This document shows positions 13,429 to 25,985 of a stretch of DNA of 64,000 bases, piece after piece. This stretch comes from Felis catus (taxonomy: Eukaryota), in NCBI RefSeq assembly GCF_018350175.1, contig NC_058369.1, positions 24,492,001-24,556,000 of the forward strand, written 5' to 3'. The translations under genes were made by a program, and so were the position numbers. Below the pieces are notes generated by a model. The model was given only the letters and a program-made list of their open reading frames with translations. It did not search any database and was not told the origin of the DNA. Each line of letters starts with the position of its first letter. Within the stretch, counting starts at the first letter, position 1.

Positions 13429-13519
<91 letters not shown>
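13429..13519 (+). repeat. Compound (CT)n(CA)n microsatellite
   Basis: Read directly from the sequence. Confidence 0.97.
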
Positions 13520-13520
<1 letters not shown>

Positions 13521-13739
13521 TCTGTTTCTTTTCAGGCTCCAGCCCACGTCTCCCCTCAGCACATCTGTTTCCTAGTTCAATCCCCTGCAGGGTCTTTGGG
13601 TCAAGAATTATCATGACTGAGCTGCCCTTCCTCAGTAAAACAGAGTTTCAAGCAGGTGGGGCTGACAATTACTGTATTTGCCACAGCCACAGGCCAACCA
13701 CCAGAAGGATGTGTCAATCATGCTACATCAACAGTTCAC

Positions 13740-13952
13740 AGTCTGTGTGATTTTGCCCCCTGGGAGATATTTTTTCAATGTCTGGAGACATTTTTGGTTG
13801 TCACAACTGGGGAAAGGGGAAAGGTACTTTTTGCACCTAGTGAATAGAAGCCCAGGATACTGCTACTAAACATCGTACAATGCACAGGACAGCCCCATAA
13901 CAAAGATTTATCCTGCCCCAAATGTCAATAGTGCTGAGATTGAGAAACCCTG
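13740..13952. mobile_element. MER20 hAT-Charlie MITE
   Basis: gattttgccccc...caatgtctggagacatttttggttgtcacaactgggg...aatgtcaatagtgctgagattgagaaaccctg. Confidence 0.88.
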
Positions 13953-14746
13953 GGCCACACCAAGGAAGCAAAATTTCAAAAATAGGTGGGGTCTTTTCCC
14001 AAAATTAACTATGTTCATACAGCTGACAACTCAGCCCACACATTACCAAAACAGATCTGACTGCCTTAGAGGCTGAAGGAAGGACAGGTGGTAAGGGGAT
14101 TTCTTGGTTGTTATCCTGACCAGGCCCTGGCTTTACCTGATTAAGAATACTTTCCACAGGAAAACCTAGCAAATCTATGGCATACCAACAATTACTACAT
14201 GTAAGTATCTTTTAACATGACTTATTTATACACAGACAGTTTCTTTTTCAGGCCAGTTCCTTCAAAGAAGCCACAGATTTACTAAAGTATTGTGTAGGCC
14301 TAAAAACTGTCAGTAAGCACAGGCATTGGGGGGTGGGGGGAGGGAGGAGGAGTTGGAAGCTCTGTTTTAATTAGGTCAGGAATTCCTGGTTCTTTTGGAG
14401 TTTGAATGGCAATCTCCATTTCTCTGGCACTTTATAGGTTAGTGAATTCTTCCCACACAGTCCCTTTTTAACCCACAGGTTACCTCCCCAACACCCACTA
14501 CTCCGGGAAGAGCTGCACTTTTGTGATAACTGGCAATACCCAAGGTGAGATGAAAAACACCAGCCTAATAATTGGAAAGGTATAAATACAGGCAGAACTG
14601 ACAGGAAAAAATATTGTCTCTCATTAAAAAAAAAAACTCAAAAGCTATACAAAAATAGTGAGATTTGATATTCGAAATATAACAAATTGTACACATGCTT
14701 TTTACCAAACATCTTGATTCAAAAACTATTTACTTATCATCTAATT

Positions 14747-15098
14747 CAGGAGGCACCACACTTTTTCTTAAAAAATTTTTTAATGTTTATTTTTGAGAGG
14801 GAGAGAGAGAGAGAGACAGACAGAGTGTGAGCAGGGGCAGGGGAGGGGCAGAGAAAAGAGGGAGAAACACAGAACTCAAAGTGGGCTCAGGCTCCGTGCT
14901 GTCAGCATAGAGCCCAACATGGGGCTTGAACTCACGAACTGTGAGATCATGACCTGAGCTGAAGTAGGACGCTTAACTGACTGAGCCACCCAGGTGCCCC
15001 ACGCACCACACTTTTTCTTAAAGGGACAAGTATTAAATATTTTAGGCTTTGAGGGCCAGGAGGTAAAATCAAAAGTTTTCTTTTTAGCAGCTATTTAG

Positions 15099-15149
<51 letters not shown>

Positions 15150-15290
15150 GTATTTAGGATATTATATATTTATATAACTATTTGAAATATAACCATTTAA
15201 AAATGTAAAAACTATTCTTAGTTCCCAGACAATAAAAAAACAGATGGTGAACCATGTTTCCCCACAAGCTATAGTATGCCCACTCTTGAT
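14747..15290. mobile_element. MER58-like hAT MITE split by a Can-SINE and (CA)n
   Basis: ctttttcttaaaggg...aaatattttaggctttg...aaaatgtaaaaactattcttag...atagtatgcc. Confidence 0.7.
14773..15000 (-). mobile_element. Can-SINE
   Basis: Full length. Direct repeat a(g/c)gcaccacactttttcttaaa at 14751-14772 and 15001-15022. Confidence 0.94.
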
Positions 15291-16538
15291 CTGATTGAGT
15301 AGTAAGTCTTTATATTTATTCTAAAGGCTCACTCATCTTTATTTCCTTTTTCTAAAAACCACTCATATATTATTATATATTTCCTTTATTAAGGAGGATT
15401 TGATTCATTCTTTATGTAAGTTACAATTGCTGTAACTATAAGCCAATCGTAGGGATTACCCAGCAAGCACTCACATTGCCTTATTTAACACTTTACCCAA
15501 AACATTTAAGACATTCTTCAACCTATGTGCCAAATTGGAAATACAAATAGTTTCCTCTTTCACATCTAAGCCAGAGTGGGTGGGAAAGTAGATTTTGCTC
15601 TATCAAATTTTAGCCACTTAGAAGAGCACTTATTAGGAAGTTATAAATACAGTTTTAATGTCTCACAACTGACACAGAGAGAAACCCAAAATACCCTACA
15701 AAAACTAGATATAAAGTAAAGTCAATTTGGGGAGGCCAAGCATTTCTTTTAGGCAATGAAATAATGACAGTTAAAACACTGAAAAGGAAGGCTAACTTTG
15801 AACTGATAAAATGGAGAAGGACAGCTCTAAGCACCTACTGTTCTCCTTATTCTCTATTCACAAAAATTCATCTATTCCCTAGGAATTCATGGAGGGCCTA
15901 GATGTGCAGTACTGTTCTTCATATTTTAAAATAGTACTTTAACTTTTATGAGCCACAAGTGGACTAAGGAGATCCAGTTCGGACGCTGCACTCTGCATGG
16001 CACTATTTAACCTTTCCACTGCCCAGTGACCTCACAGATTTACAGTCCTGGATTCAACAAGTCCTGATAAGATGTAGCAAGAAAAAAAAAAATCAGAGCT
16101 TTTGCATTATTTTTCTCCTTTTTGGCATTTATGGAGAAAATATCCCTGAGCAAGAAGTCAGAAGACTAGAATTCTAGTCTCTGGTCTACCCAGGAATTAT
16201 CCCTGGCATCATCAAAGAGTGGGTAGGAACAGGTGCCTGGAAACAGCAGGCCTAAATTCGAATCCCAAATCCATCACTACTTGCTCTAAGAAGCTAAACC
16301 AGACACCACCCATTTGGGCCTCAGCCTCCTCATCTGAGAGGCAGGAAACCACTACCCACCTCAGAGTATTGCTGGGAGCATTAAGTGGCACTCCTTGGAA
16401 ATTGATGAGCACAGGCTGATGCTCATGAGTGTCCAGAAAATATTACTTGTCATCACTTCTTAATTTCTCTGAGCCTCAGTTTCCTCACAGGATTACCAGG
16501 AGTTTTATAGGAAAGCATTAAAATGGAGTGTGTTCTTT

Positions 16539-16770
16539 GAGCCCTGATTGGGGTGAGCTCGAGCCCTGCTTCACATGAGCCCTGCTTCTCTCTCTCTCTC
16601 TCTCTCTCTCTCTGCCCCTCGTGGTATTCTCTCTCTCTCCTGCTCTCTCTGCCCCTCACTCACTTGTGCCCCCTCTCTCTCAAAAAAATGAAATGACATG
16701 AAATGAAATAAGACAAAACAAAACAAAGCAAAACAAACTAAAATAAAACAAAACAAAACAAAACAAAACA
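16539..16770 (+). mobile_element. 5'-truncated Can-SINE variant with internal GAGCCCTG repeats and (CAAAA)n tail, inside a MIR
   Basis: Three GAGCCCTG units, then (CT)n, gcccctc, tctctcaaaa and a tail. Flanks aaaatggagtgtg / aaaacaggagtgtg resemble a TSD. Confidence 0.75.
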
Positions 16771-17849
16771 GGAGTGTGCTGTATAAACTACGAAGCCTCC
16801 TTCCTATGCAAGGTACTAGCTGATGTTCCATCCAAGACAGGTAGGACCTTGGTAGAGTTGAGTTGTCTCATCTTCCCACTGCCACAGCTTGTGACATACT
16901 GAAGTATGAGTACTTTCTCACCACTGAGTTTTCATTTGTGGTGCCTGGTTTCACCAAATGATGACAATAATAAATTAGGTCAGCTGCCAAAATAATATTT
17001 TTCAAAAAGCCATCACACCCAAGGTAGAGCAAGAGGACAGGGCAATGAGAACAGTAATGAGAGTCTCTCCTAGCATAACTACCTGACATTCTCCCCCATC
17101 CCTGTCACCTCCCCTCACCTCCCTCTACCCTACCACTTTCTTTTCTCAGCAGGTTCCAAAATGCCTTGTGCCTAATGGCTCCCTAGGGCTCCACCAGTCT
17201 CTGTTACTGTAAAAAGCAATCAATGGTACTCATTAAAATCAATATGGGGTAAAATCTGAACCATTTCAAATTAGCATGCAGTGTTCAAACTAAAGGATGT
17301 ATTAGAATTTAAAGATAAGACAAATGATGCTAAACAGAAACAGGAACAGGTACATTCTCTTTGTCATTAGAAATGTGTGGGTAAAAGTTATGAAATACTG
17401 CTTTTGGAAATGTTGTTAATAAGAGTCCAGACCAAGTGCTTTCCTGTAAACTTGTTTCATTGGCATTCATCATGTACAGAGAGCTTGGAGAAAATGGAAT
17501 TCAGTGAGAACAAAGAGAATCTGTATCAAGTTGGTATCAGTCAATGAAATTTCCATGTAATCTCAAAAGATATATTCAAAATTAAATGCTTAGAAAAGAA
17601 GCATGAAAGAAAAGTATGCAGTTCCTAAGGTCACCTCTTAAACAACAGTAGGACTAAATGACATGGCAGGCTTTGGAACGATCACAGAGACTGGGGGCTT
17701 GGTAGCCACAAATGATCAAGTTTGTGTGAAAATAACAGCAACAACAAACATGTGACCAATAGTCACAAATGCCTTGTGCACTTAGGCAGAACTTCACAAT
17801 CATTTCCTCAGCCACATTCTCAACCTTAGTTGGATAGCTCCAGCAGGAT

Positions 17850-18500
17850 CTCATCAAACTCAACACATTCAAGTCTTTCTTCAACCCTAGTGCCTCTTGC
17901 TGACCACTCCCATTTACTCACTATCCCCCCATCTGCCTGCATCCAGGCCCACAGAGGCTGCCTGCTCCTCACAGCTCTCAGCACTGGATTCCCAAGTTGT
18001 CAAGGTCCTGCCTGCAAGCAGAGATGACCTTTCCCTTCAACTTCTGGGGCTACCGCCCAGATTCAGACTCTTGGTGACCTGAACAACCATGGTATTCTTC
18101 TAACTAGTCTCCATGCCTCCTCCTCCCAATCCAGTATCAATTAGCACTAACAATCTTTTCTGATCATGCCATTCTCCTGGAAAAACTCCTTCAAAGGCTG
18201 CCCAGAGCCTACCGAGTAAAAGCCAATCCCCTGTGTCACACATTCAGGGCCCTCGGCAACCTGACCTCAAACCACCTATTCAGCCTTATTTCTTTTCCTT
18301 CCTGATAGGTGGAGTTTCAACTGTTCCAGACTCATGGCACCCCCAAACCCACCACAGTTCCTGCCTCTGAGGCCTGGCTCAGCCATCTCTTTTCCAATCA
18401 TATTTCTCCACCACCCCTGTGTGTTGAAATTCTTCCTGCCTTTGAAGACCAGCTCTGTATTGGATGAAGCCAGTCGTCAGCCTCCTGCCTCTAAGCTGCA
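17850..18500 (+). mobile_element. L2 relic
   Basis: Pyrimidine-rich L2-like motifs: ctaactagtctcc, tctgatcatgccattctcctg, aaggctgccc, acacattcagggccct. Confidence 0.6.
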
Positions 18501-18549
18501 CTGCGTGTAAGTGCCATCCAATGTCCTCTTAGTACACCACCCTGAGAAA

Positions 18550-18740
18550 TAGTAGCATGTGATGGTGACAGGTATAGACTCTGGAGCCAGACATCCAAGG
18601 TTCTGATCTTGGCTCTAGCATTTGCTTTGTGTGACTGGAAATAATTACTTACTTCTTTGTGCCCAGTCTCTTTATCTGTGTGATGGGAATGATGAAAACA
18701 GTATTTATGTAGTACAGAACCTATCACAAAATAAGCCTCA
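18550..18740 (+). mobile_element. MIR
   Basis: agactctggagccagac...ggttctgatcttggctct...tgtgtgact...ttacttacttctttgtgcccagt. Confidence 0.75.
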
Positions 18741-20804
18741 GTAAGTGTGAGCTGGTTCTCTTACTGCCCACCTGAATCCTTGAACAAGACCACAAACTTG
18801 GCTAAGGTGCTCCCACAGCATATGGATGTTCGGCATGCATTCTATGACATCCAACACAGTTTCAAAAAAAACAAAAAGAAAACTTCCAGTTAGGGTTACA
18901 CTCAAGTTCCTGCTCCATGCTAAACACAGAGCAATGACAGAGAAAACATAAAAGAGCATGGCACTACAATCATTATGAACCACCCCTCCAATACTGGCAA
19001 AATAAATCACAGAGAAATTCTCTAGTTGTTTTTTAATTATTTTTTCATTCTTTCAAACATTTACTGAGCACCTGCAGGCAATATTTGAGGCCTGGGAATA
19101 TGGATGAGATGTAGTAATCAGGTAAGAAACTCACTTTATTAAAAAAGAGAGCAATTGTTAGATTCTATAATATATATATATATGAAATAACTCTTGCAAG
19201 AGAAAGTATGTAAAACCTTTACATGGCCAATGGTGTTTAGGAATATTTTCTGTGATAAGCTTTGTTGGTAGAAATAGAACATGTTAAATCTGTAGAATCA
19301 GAATTAGAAATGCCTGCATCGGCAAAATCATGGTTCAGCCAGCAGAACTAGAGACAAGTTTATGTTACAAAAAGACCATGTGGTTTTTAGATAAGGGTGA
19401 CTACGATGGAGTTTAAAAGTTTGAGCAAAGATCATATAGTGGAGGTTTGAGCCATCAGTAAAAGGACTTCTTAGGTCCTGAGCTCAAGAACTTCTAGGTC
19501 ACAGACTTTGCCTTGGTGGATCTCCCACTGGCTCGGATAAATAAATGGATAAATAAATGAAGAAAGCAAGAATTCATGTTGCCCTGCCCTCCTCCTCCCT
19601 GCCCCAATGACAGCATGGTGGGAAGCCCAGGCCCACTCTCCTGAGGGCTTTATTGGTCCTGGGTTGGTAGTAATTGTGGCACCCAATGACTTGAGTGCTC
19701 TTCAGCTCCTGCTACCAAAGATGGGCAAGTAGCCCAAAGTGATTAAGCATAGGGAATCAACAGACATGTCAGCACAACATATGTCCTTACCCTTCAAAAA
19801 CCTACAGTGCAATGAATGCAGAGACTCCTGACCCTTCGAAGGACCAGCGAGAAAATATTAAGGGGAGTGAATATAGGGGGATTTGGTATATAAAACCACT
19901 TTTTCTTTAACTAAATCAATAGGATTTTGGGTACTTGATTACCAAAATCTTTACAAAGAACAATATGTTCTCTGCAGAAAAAGCTAAAGAACAAGGTAAA
20001 CTATTACCACATCAAATAATGTCTTATCAAATCAACCTGTATCCAAAGTATCACACGACACTAGTGAGTAATGCTGTGTTTCAGCCAACACTTCAGCTCA
20101 CATTAGCACATCAGTTGTAGTTCTTGGGCAATAGTTTTGGTATTCCAAATAAGTTGAGATCATAATCTTTTTGTTGTTGTTTCCTGCCAGGCGAAGAAGT
20201 GGTTTCGCCCTCAGCCTTTTCCAGACCACCGAAAGATAACAAGACACTAAAGCAACCTGACCCTCCCCATGTGCAACTCCTGCCAACTCAAAATCTCCTC
20301 AAACAATAGCCTAAACAAAACCAGTATTCCAGGAGATGAGGTTTATATGAGATCCAACACCTCTGCCTGAGAATGAGTCATAAAACCACTAGCACTCTAT
20401 TCCCCAGCGTTACGCCATCTAGCCCCAACTGGGTTGAACCACGCAAAATGAAAAAGAAATCAGGAACACACTGAACTTAAAACCTCAAGTACACTTTAAA
20501 TCCTGTTTTAAATTCATTTAAATTAACAGAGATCAGGCTACTTCTTTATTCAAGCTGGGCTATTCTTACCGCTTTAGTTCCAAACGTAGTCAGCCACATT
20601 TTTCCACTAAAAAGTAAAAAAATACCCTGACAGAAGAACATTCTAAAACTCAGTAGAGAATATGGAAACAGCTTACAATAAACTTTGCCTTCTAGAATAA
20701 CTAATGGAGGAAATTACCCAGTTATTTGGCCATGGGAAACAACTAATTGTATATTTTTACGTATTTTGCAGGTCACAAATTAAAAGCACACTTTTTATTT
20801 TCTA

Positions 20805-21072
20805 GCATAGCATTTTTCCAAAGTGTTTAAAAAGAACACCAGTGCAGCAAGACAAAAGCAAATTAAATGGGCTTGAGGAACTTCCCCTTCCTGGGAATGA
20901 CTGACACACACTTGCATATTAAGGAGTCTGAGGAGTCCTACAGTAAACTCTGTGGAATCCAGCATTTTCCCAAATTCATTTGGCCCTGCAGCCCTTTTTC
21001 TCTCATAGGACTTTATCAACATCCTACAAAATGGCTGTTCTGCAGAGCACATTTTGGGAAAGATTCCTCTAG
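20805..21072. mobile_element. MER103C-like hAT-Charlie element
   Basis: catattaaggagtctgaggagtcctacagtaaa...cagcattttcccaaattcatttg...cacattttgggaaa. Confidence 0.65.
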
Positions 21073-21433
21073 AAAAGGGATCAATGAAATGGTTTTAGAG
21101 CTGAAAGTCTGGAGTCGGCCAGGTTCAAATAACAGCTTCACCACTTATGAGCTGTGGGACACTGGGCAAGCTTCTAAATGCCACCCGTCCCTCAGCTCCT
21201 CCAGGTAAAATGGGCAAAATAATAGAACCTACCTCCCAGGCATGGGTCTTTTCACATGACTGGAAGAATCTTCTGAGAGCTTCACATGGCCTGTTCCTTT
21301 TTGTCATGCAAGTCTCAGTTCACAATATCACCCCCTGCAAGAGGCCTTCCCTGATCACGCAATAATCAAGTTGGCCCCACCCAGGTCACTAGTTCTTCAT
21401 CCTCTTGTTTTCTTCATGATGCTTCTCTGTTTA

Positions 21434-21647
21434 TTTTTTTTTTTAACGTTTATTTATTTTTGAGACAGAGGGAGACAGAGCATCAATGGGACAGGGTCAC
21501 AGAGAGAGGGAGACACAGAATCTGAAACAGGCTCCAGGCTCTGAGCTGTCAGCACAGAGCCCGACGCAGGGCTCGAACCCACGGACTGTGAGATCATGAC
21601 CTGAGCCTAAGTCGGACGCTTAACCGACCGAGCCACCCAGGCACCCC
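21434..21647 (-). mobile_element. Can-SINE (SINEC_Fc-type) nested in L2/MIR relics
   Basis: Full length. Perfect 15-bp TSD atgcttctctgttta at 21419-21433 and 21649-21663. Confidence 0.95.
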
Positions 21648-22039
21648 AATGCTTCTCTGTTTAACTGTTAAATTACATTTCACCCCGACAGAATACAAGC
21701 ACAATGAAGTCAAACTTTATTAGTTACTACTGCTTTATCCCCAAACAGATCCTCATTAAATGCTCATTGAATGGATGGATAAATGAATGAATGAGGTGGT
21801 TGTGAGAGTTAAATAGGAATCAATGTAAAGCATTCTTCAAAGCGACTGACACATAAGCATCTATCCATATGCTGATATGAAAACTTTCAATGAATGATGA
21901 CTGGTTGAGGAACTCATAATTCTTGCACTGTTTAACTTGCCGCTTCATGATGTATTGTGGGAAAACATTTCCTGGCATTTATTCAGAGATGTGGTGAATG
22001 GGCTTTACGGATGGGGTGACAGAGGTGTAGGCCCTGGGG

Positions 22040-22165
22040 GTAGCATTTGCTAATTTCTGTGGTATAAATACTCCCACCAAGACTAATTTCAAGTTATCAA
22101 TGGTTTAAAAGCAGGCTCACAAAATTCCTGAAAATGTAGCAAATGGCTTTCAGAAGCCAGAATAA
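22040..22165. mobile_element. MER63-like hAT-Blackjack fragment
   Basis: tttgctaatttctgtggtataaatactcccacca...atttcaag...ggctcacaaaattcctgaaaat. Confidence 0.7.
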
Positions 22166-22841
22166 TCCTTCTCTTGGGGAAGGTCCTTTCAGAGCTCCAA
22201 GTCTTGTTTGTTAAGTTTAAAATGAGATTTGTTTTATATAGAGACACCTTTTCTACATGCTCCCTTCTTAGTAAGCAAAGAAAAAGGCAATCCACTGACT
22301 TTTATCTGATACTCAAGGAAACTAGCTGGATGTGTTGGGCTACATTTTCTGTACCACTCTCTGTGGGCTCTTTGACTGATGTTTAAGACTTTGAACATAA
22401 CCTATTTCCATGCCAGACCACTGGGAGGACAAGCTAATCTCATAAAACACAAATTGAACTGTGTTTAGATTCATTTAAATGGAGGCATCCACACAGTAGC
22501 AAGGCACCATCTACTTAGTGCTACCAATGAGCAGAATTCAATAACAGAAAGGGAATGACTCTACCCTGACCACAAGACCTCAACATGGAGTCAAGGTCAA
22601 GGCTGCAGATAGAGGTTTCTCTGGCATCACTGCCCTGCTGTACATGCAACATGACCCCCTTGGTACCCAAAATAAAGCAGCAGCTTTTTTTTTCAACTAT
22701 GGTGATCTCCTAGCTATAGTTCTAAGATAACAAAACCAAAATTTCAAAATCCAGTCATTCTATGTGCAAGGGATTACATGCCAGCAGTTATTGCTCCTCT
22801 TATGTGGAGTAAGGCAGGAAGAGATTAGTTTCTGCTCCACA

Positions 22842-23416
22842 GTATTAGCTATTTATTGCTGTGTAACAAATTATCCCCAAATTCAGCAGCTTAAAACAAC
22901 ACACATTTATTATATCACAGTTTCTGGGGATCAGGGATCCAGGCATAGCTTAGCTGGGTCCTTTGCTTCATAGTCTTTCACAAAGCTGCAGTCAAGGTGT
23001 CAGCCCAGGGCCTGTCATCTTATCTGAAAGTTGCACTGGGAAAAGATCCACTTCCAACCTCACAAAATAGTTGTTGTCAATTTTCAGTTCTTTATGGCTG
23101 TTTGAGTGAGGGTCTCAGTTCCTCACTGCATGTTGACTAGAGGCTACTCTCAGTCCCTCACCACATGGGCGTCTCTCCATAGCAGCTTGCTTCATCAAAG
23201 CAGCAAGGTAAGAACACAAAAAAGTTGGCTAACAAGATGGAAATAAGTCTTATGTAATCTAATCATAGAAGTCACATTGGCATCCTATTTCTTTCACCAT
23301 ATCCTATTGTTTAGTCACTAGGTTCAGCCTATACTCAAGGGTGTGGATTTACACAAATGCATGAATTCCAAGAGGTACAAATCATTGGGGGCCATCTTAG
23401 AAGCCTGCCCATGACA
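22842..23416 (-). mobile_element. MLT1 (MaLR) solo LTR, MLT1E/F-like
   Basis: tattagctatttattgctgtgtaacaaattatccccaaa...cagcttaaaacaac...ggggccatcttagaagcctgcc. Confidence 0.85.
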
Positions 23417-23723
23417 TTCATTCTTCCCATTCCATTATGGATGGGAAGACCCAGGCCCAACAAAACATCTCTTTAAGCATCTCAATACAAAACCAAGTCA
23501 TATGGTTTCCCAAGCATGTTGCTAATGTCTCATGAAAATAAAACAAGGGAGAATAGGTAAGGGGGACATTAAGTCTGAAGACACAAAAGTCTACTCAAAT
23601 GTTTTAAACAAATATACTCTACATCAGAGAAAACTCCCAGGAGTATCTGCATTAGCAAGCCCCATCATGGATGCCATGTATTCTGAACAACCAAACAAGT
23701 AACTCACAAGAACTGCCCATCCA

Positions 23724-23848
23724 GGGTGCCTGGGTGGCTCAGTTGGTTGAGCATCCAACTTCAGCTCAGGTCATGATTTCACAGCTCATGAGCTCAAGCC
23801 CTGCATTGGGCTCTGTGCTAACAGCTCAGAGCCTGGAGCCTGCTTCAG

Positions 23849-23888
<40 letters not shown>

Positions 23889-23985
23889 CCTTCCCTGCTC
23901 ACTTGCATGCATGCACGCATGCACGCTCTTTCACTCTCTCTCTCCCAAAAATAAATAAACATTAAAAAATAAAATAAAATAAAAA
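23724..23985 (+). mobile_element. Can-SINE
   Basis: Perfect 18-bp TSD acaagaactgcccatcca at 23706-23723 and 23986-24003. Confidence 0.95.
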
Positions 23986-24906
23986 ACAAGAACTGCCCAT
24001 CCAAAAAGGTATATGACGCCAAAAATCTACTTTGGCCTGAATGTAAATATCTTTTGGAATTTTTATTTATTGCTATAGCATCTTTTTAAATATACTTAAT
24101 TCCATGTTATTGCTTCCTATTTTCTGTGAGATCTGTGTCTCCCATAGCATTTTGCCTACACGGTACTTTTGAGATCCATATCCACCATAGTGGCAAGAAA
24201 CAGTTATAAAAATTTCAAGCCTTGGCTATCACCCACATTTTGTATAAGCTCTATCCAACTACATATCCTCAAATATCTGTGCATCCCAACATTCAAGAGT
24301 GGTGGCAGGCCAGAGAGGCTGCCTCTGAAGGACTTCAAATGATTTTAATCCACTAAGTACAAAATGCATACTCAGAAAACCTGGAACAGCTTGTCTTAGA
24401 CAAAAGAAAATGCAGACAAAGATGGTCTTAAACCTAAATGTTCAAAACTGGTCTGCACATTTTACCACTCTTCCTGGAAAGATCTATATGCTTTACTTTC
24501 TACAAATGTTACCCCAATTCAGCTATGAAAATATGTATGTTCATTGTTTTGCTAATCACCTATTTCTTTTCCTCCTTTAGAGAGATGATATTTGATAACC
24601 ATCTAAACCCTGAAACTATGGCCATCTGTGGGAAAGTAGTTGTAAGCCACCTTAGAATTGGCATGTGCTGCACATACTTGGATCCCGAATATGTGTCGAG
24701 TAACAATGGAACATATGTATGGTGAGCAGAGAGAAGAACTAATGCAAAATTCTAGTTTAAAGGTGATAAGCAGATAGGAAGACTATAAAACAGATGCCAG
24801 GAAATTTTGTTAAGGCTGCAGATATCTTCCAACCTGTGAAAATAACTTGGTAACATGTTTTCACTTGTAAAATATGGCTTTGAGGAAATAGAGTGAATAT
24901 CCTTAC

Positions 24907-25323
24907 CTCTCTAAGATGTATGTTTTCCTTTTCTTTCTGATCTAAAATCACTTCCAAGTGGCTGACTTGAGACTCAGCCTCTGCCATCCGCCGTGTCCGC
25001 TCATTGTCATCCTCAAGACTTTTAGAAGGCAAACCTTTACTTTGCAACATCTCGAGAAGCTTTTTAATAGACTCGTCTCGGGCGTTGAGGGTCTGTTTCT
25101 GTGTTTCAATTCTCAACTCCATTTCCTCCAAGGTCTTCCTTAAAAGGAACAGCTCCTTAGCTTGTCTGTCATGCTCAGCTTGGAGCCGCCGGAAGTTCTC
25201 TTCAGTCAGCTCAATGGTGAAGTGCTCGGCTCCACGGTTGCCACTCTCTTGCTGCAGGAGGTGATTGAGGTCTCTCTGGGTTCGAAGCTCATCCTGAAGG
25301 GCTTGGATTGTCAACTGCAGATG
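24907..25323 (-). CDS. ERC2: Internal coding exon of ERC2 (ELKS/RAB6-interacting/CAST family member 2), coiled-coil region; 417 nt, 139 codons, phase 0/0
   Basis: Translation HLQLTIQALQDELRTQRDLNHLLQQESGNRGAEHFTIELTEENFRRLQAEHDRQAKELFLLRKTLEEMELRIETQKQTLNARDESIKKLLEMLQSKGLPSKSLEDDNERTRRMAEAESQVSHLEVILDQKEKENIHLRE matches mammalian ERC2 as I recall it; ERC1 differs in this stretch. Acceptor ...ctccatctttctatcacag|CAT has a pyrimidine tract and TTGAC branch candidate. Donor is GAG|gtaagg. Confidence 0.96.
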
Positions 25324-25961
25324 CTGTGATAGAAAGATGGAGCAGGAGAGGAGAAAGAAGAGGACAAAGTCAATGGAAATGCCAAGTGCTTTTTGCTGCT
25401 ACCACACTATGAAGATGGAATGTTAATCACGAGGTCCAGAGGGCCAGCCGTGAAGTCCTCCAGGGTGACTTCAGAAGCATGGGACAGCACATGGAGAGGG
25501 GGAAATTAATTCAATGATGCTTTCTGAATGTCTTAGGAGAAGAGAAATGTACACATACACAGAAACAGTATATTAGTGTCAGTCACAGGGAAATTATACA
25601 TCTAAAGAGATTGAACTAAGTGGAAAGGGTTAGAAGGGAAAGTCTCACAAACACACCTTCTTTATGCCCGCAATGCTCCAGACTCAGTATTCCCTGTTTC
25701 CTAAGGTGTTCTTTATTCTACTATCCATTATTTTCCATCAGAAATGCATTTCCATTTAAAAAATGAAAATAATAGCATCCACTACAAGTAGACACAAACA
25801 AGGACTTTATTTTTTACAAATAAAGCTGTGAACAGGTTTAGTAAACAGGATTACTGCATCTGCAAGCAAAAGGGAACAAATGCAGACAGGGACAGACACA
25901 AACACACAAGGAGGTGAGGCTGTGCAGAGCAAAACAAACAAGCTGCAAACAGTGGACCAAC

Positions 25962-25985
25962 CTTGGTTCTTCGGGCATCCAGTAA
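25962..25985 (-). CDS. ERC2: Probable 24-nt alternatively spliced microexon of ERC2 (LLDARRTK)
   Basis: Minus strand reads ttttgttttccatttcccatgctgttcag|TTACTGGATGCCCGAAGAACCAAG|gttggt. It is open in phase 0, matching the phase-0 downstream exon. No AG occurs for ~100 nt upstream and TGC lies at -9..-7. Confidence 0.8.

Noticed and set aside
24757..24906. C-terminal extension VRIFTLFPQ...AYHL of the 185-aa ORF
   Set aside because: Read-through past the strong GAG|gtaagg donor into intron; not ERC2 protein. The ORF-track 'M' start is a TTG Leu codon inside the exon.
25451..25473. Hairpin TGAAGTC...GACTTCA upstream of the exon acceptor
   Set aside because: A 7-bp stem is expected by chance many times in 64 kb; no conservation evidence available.
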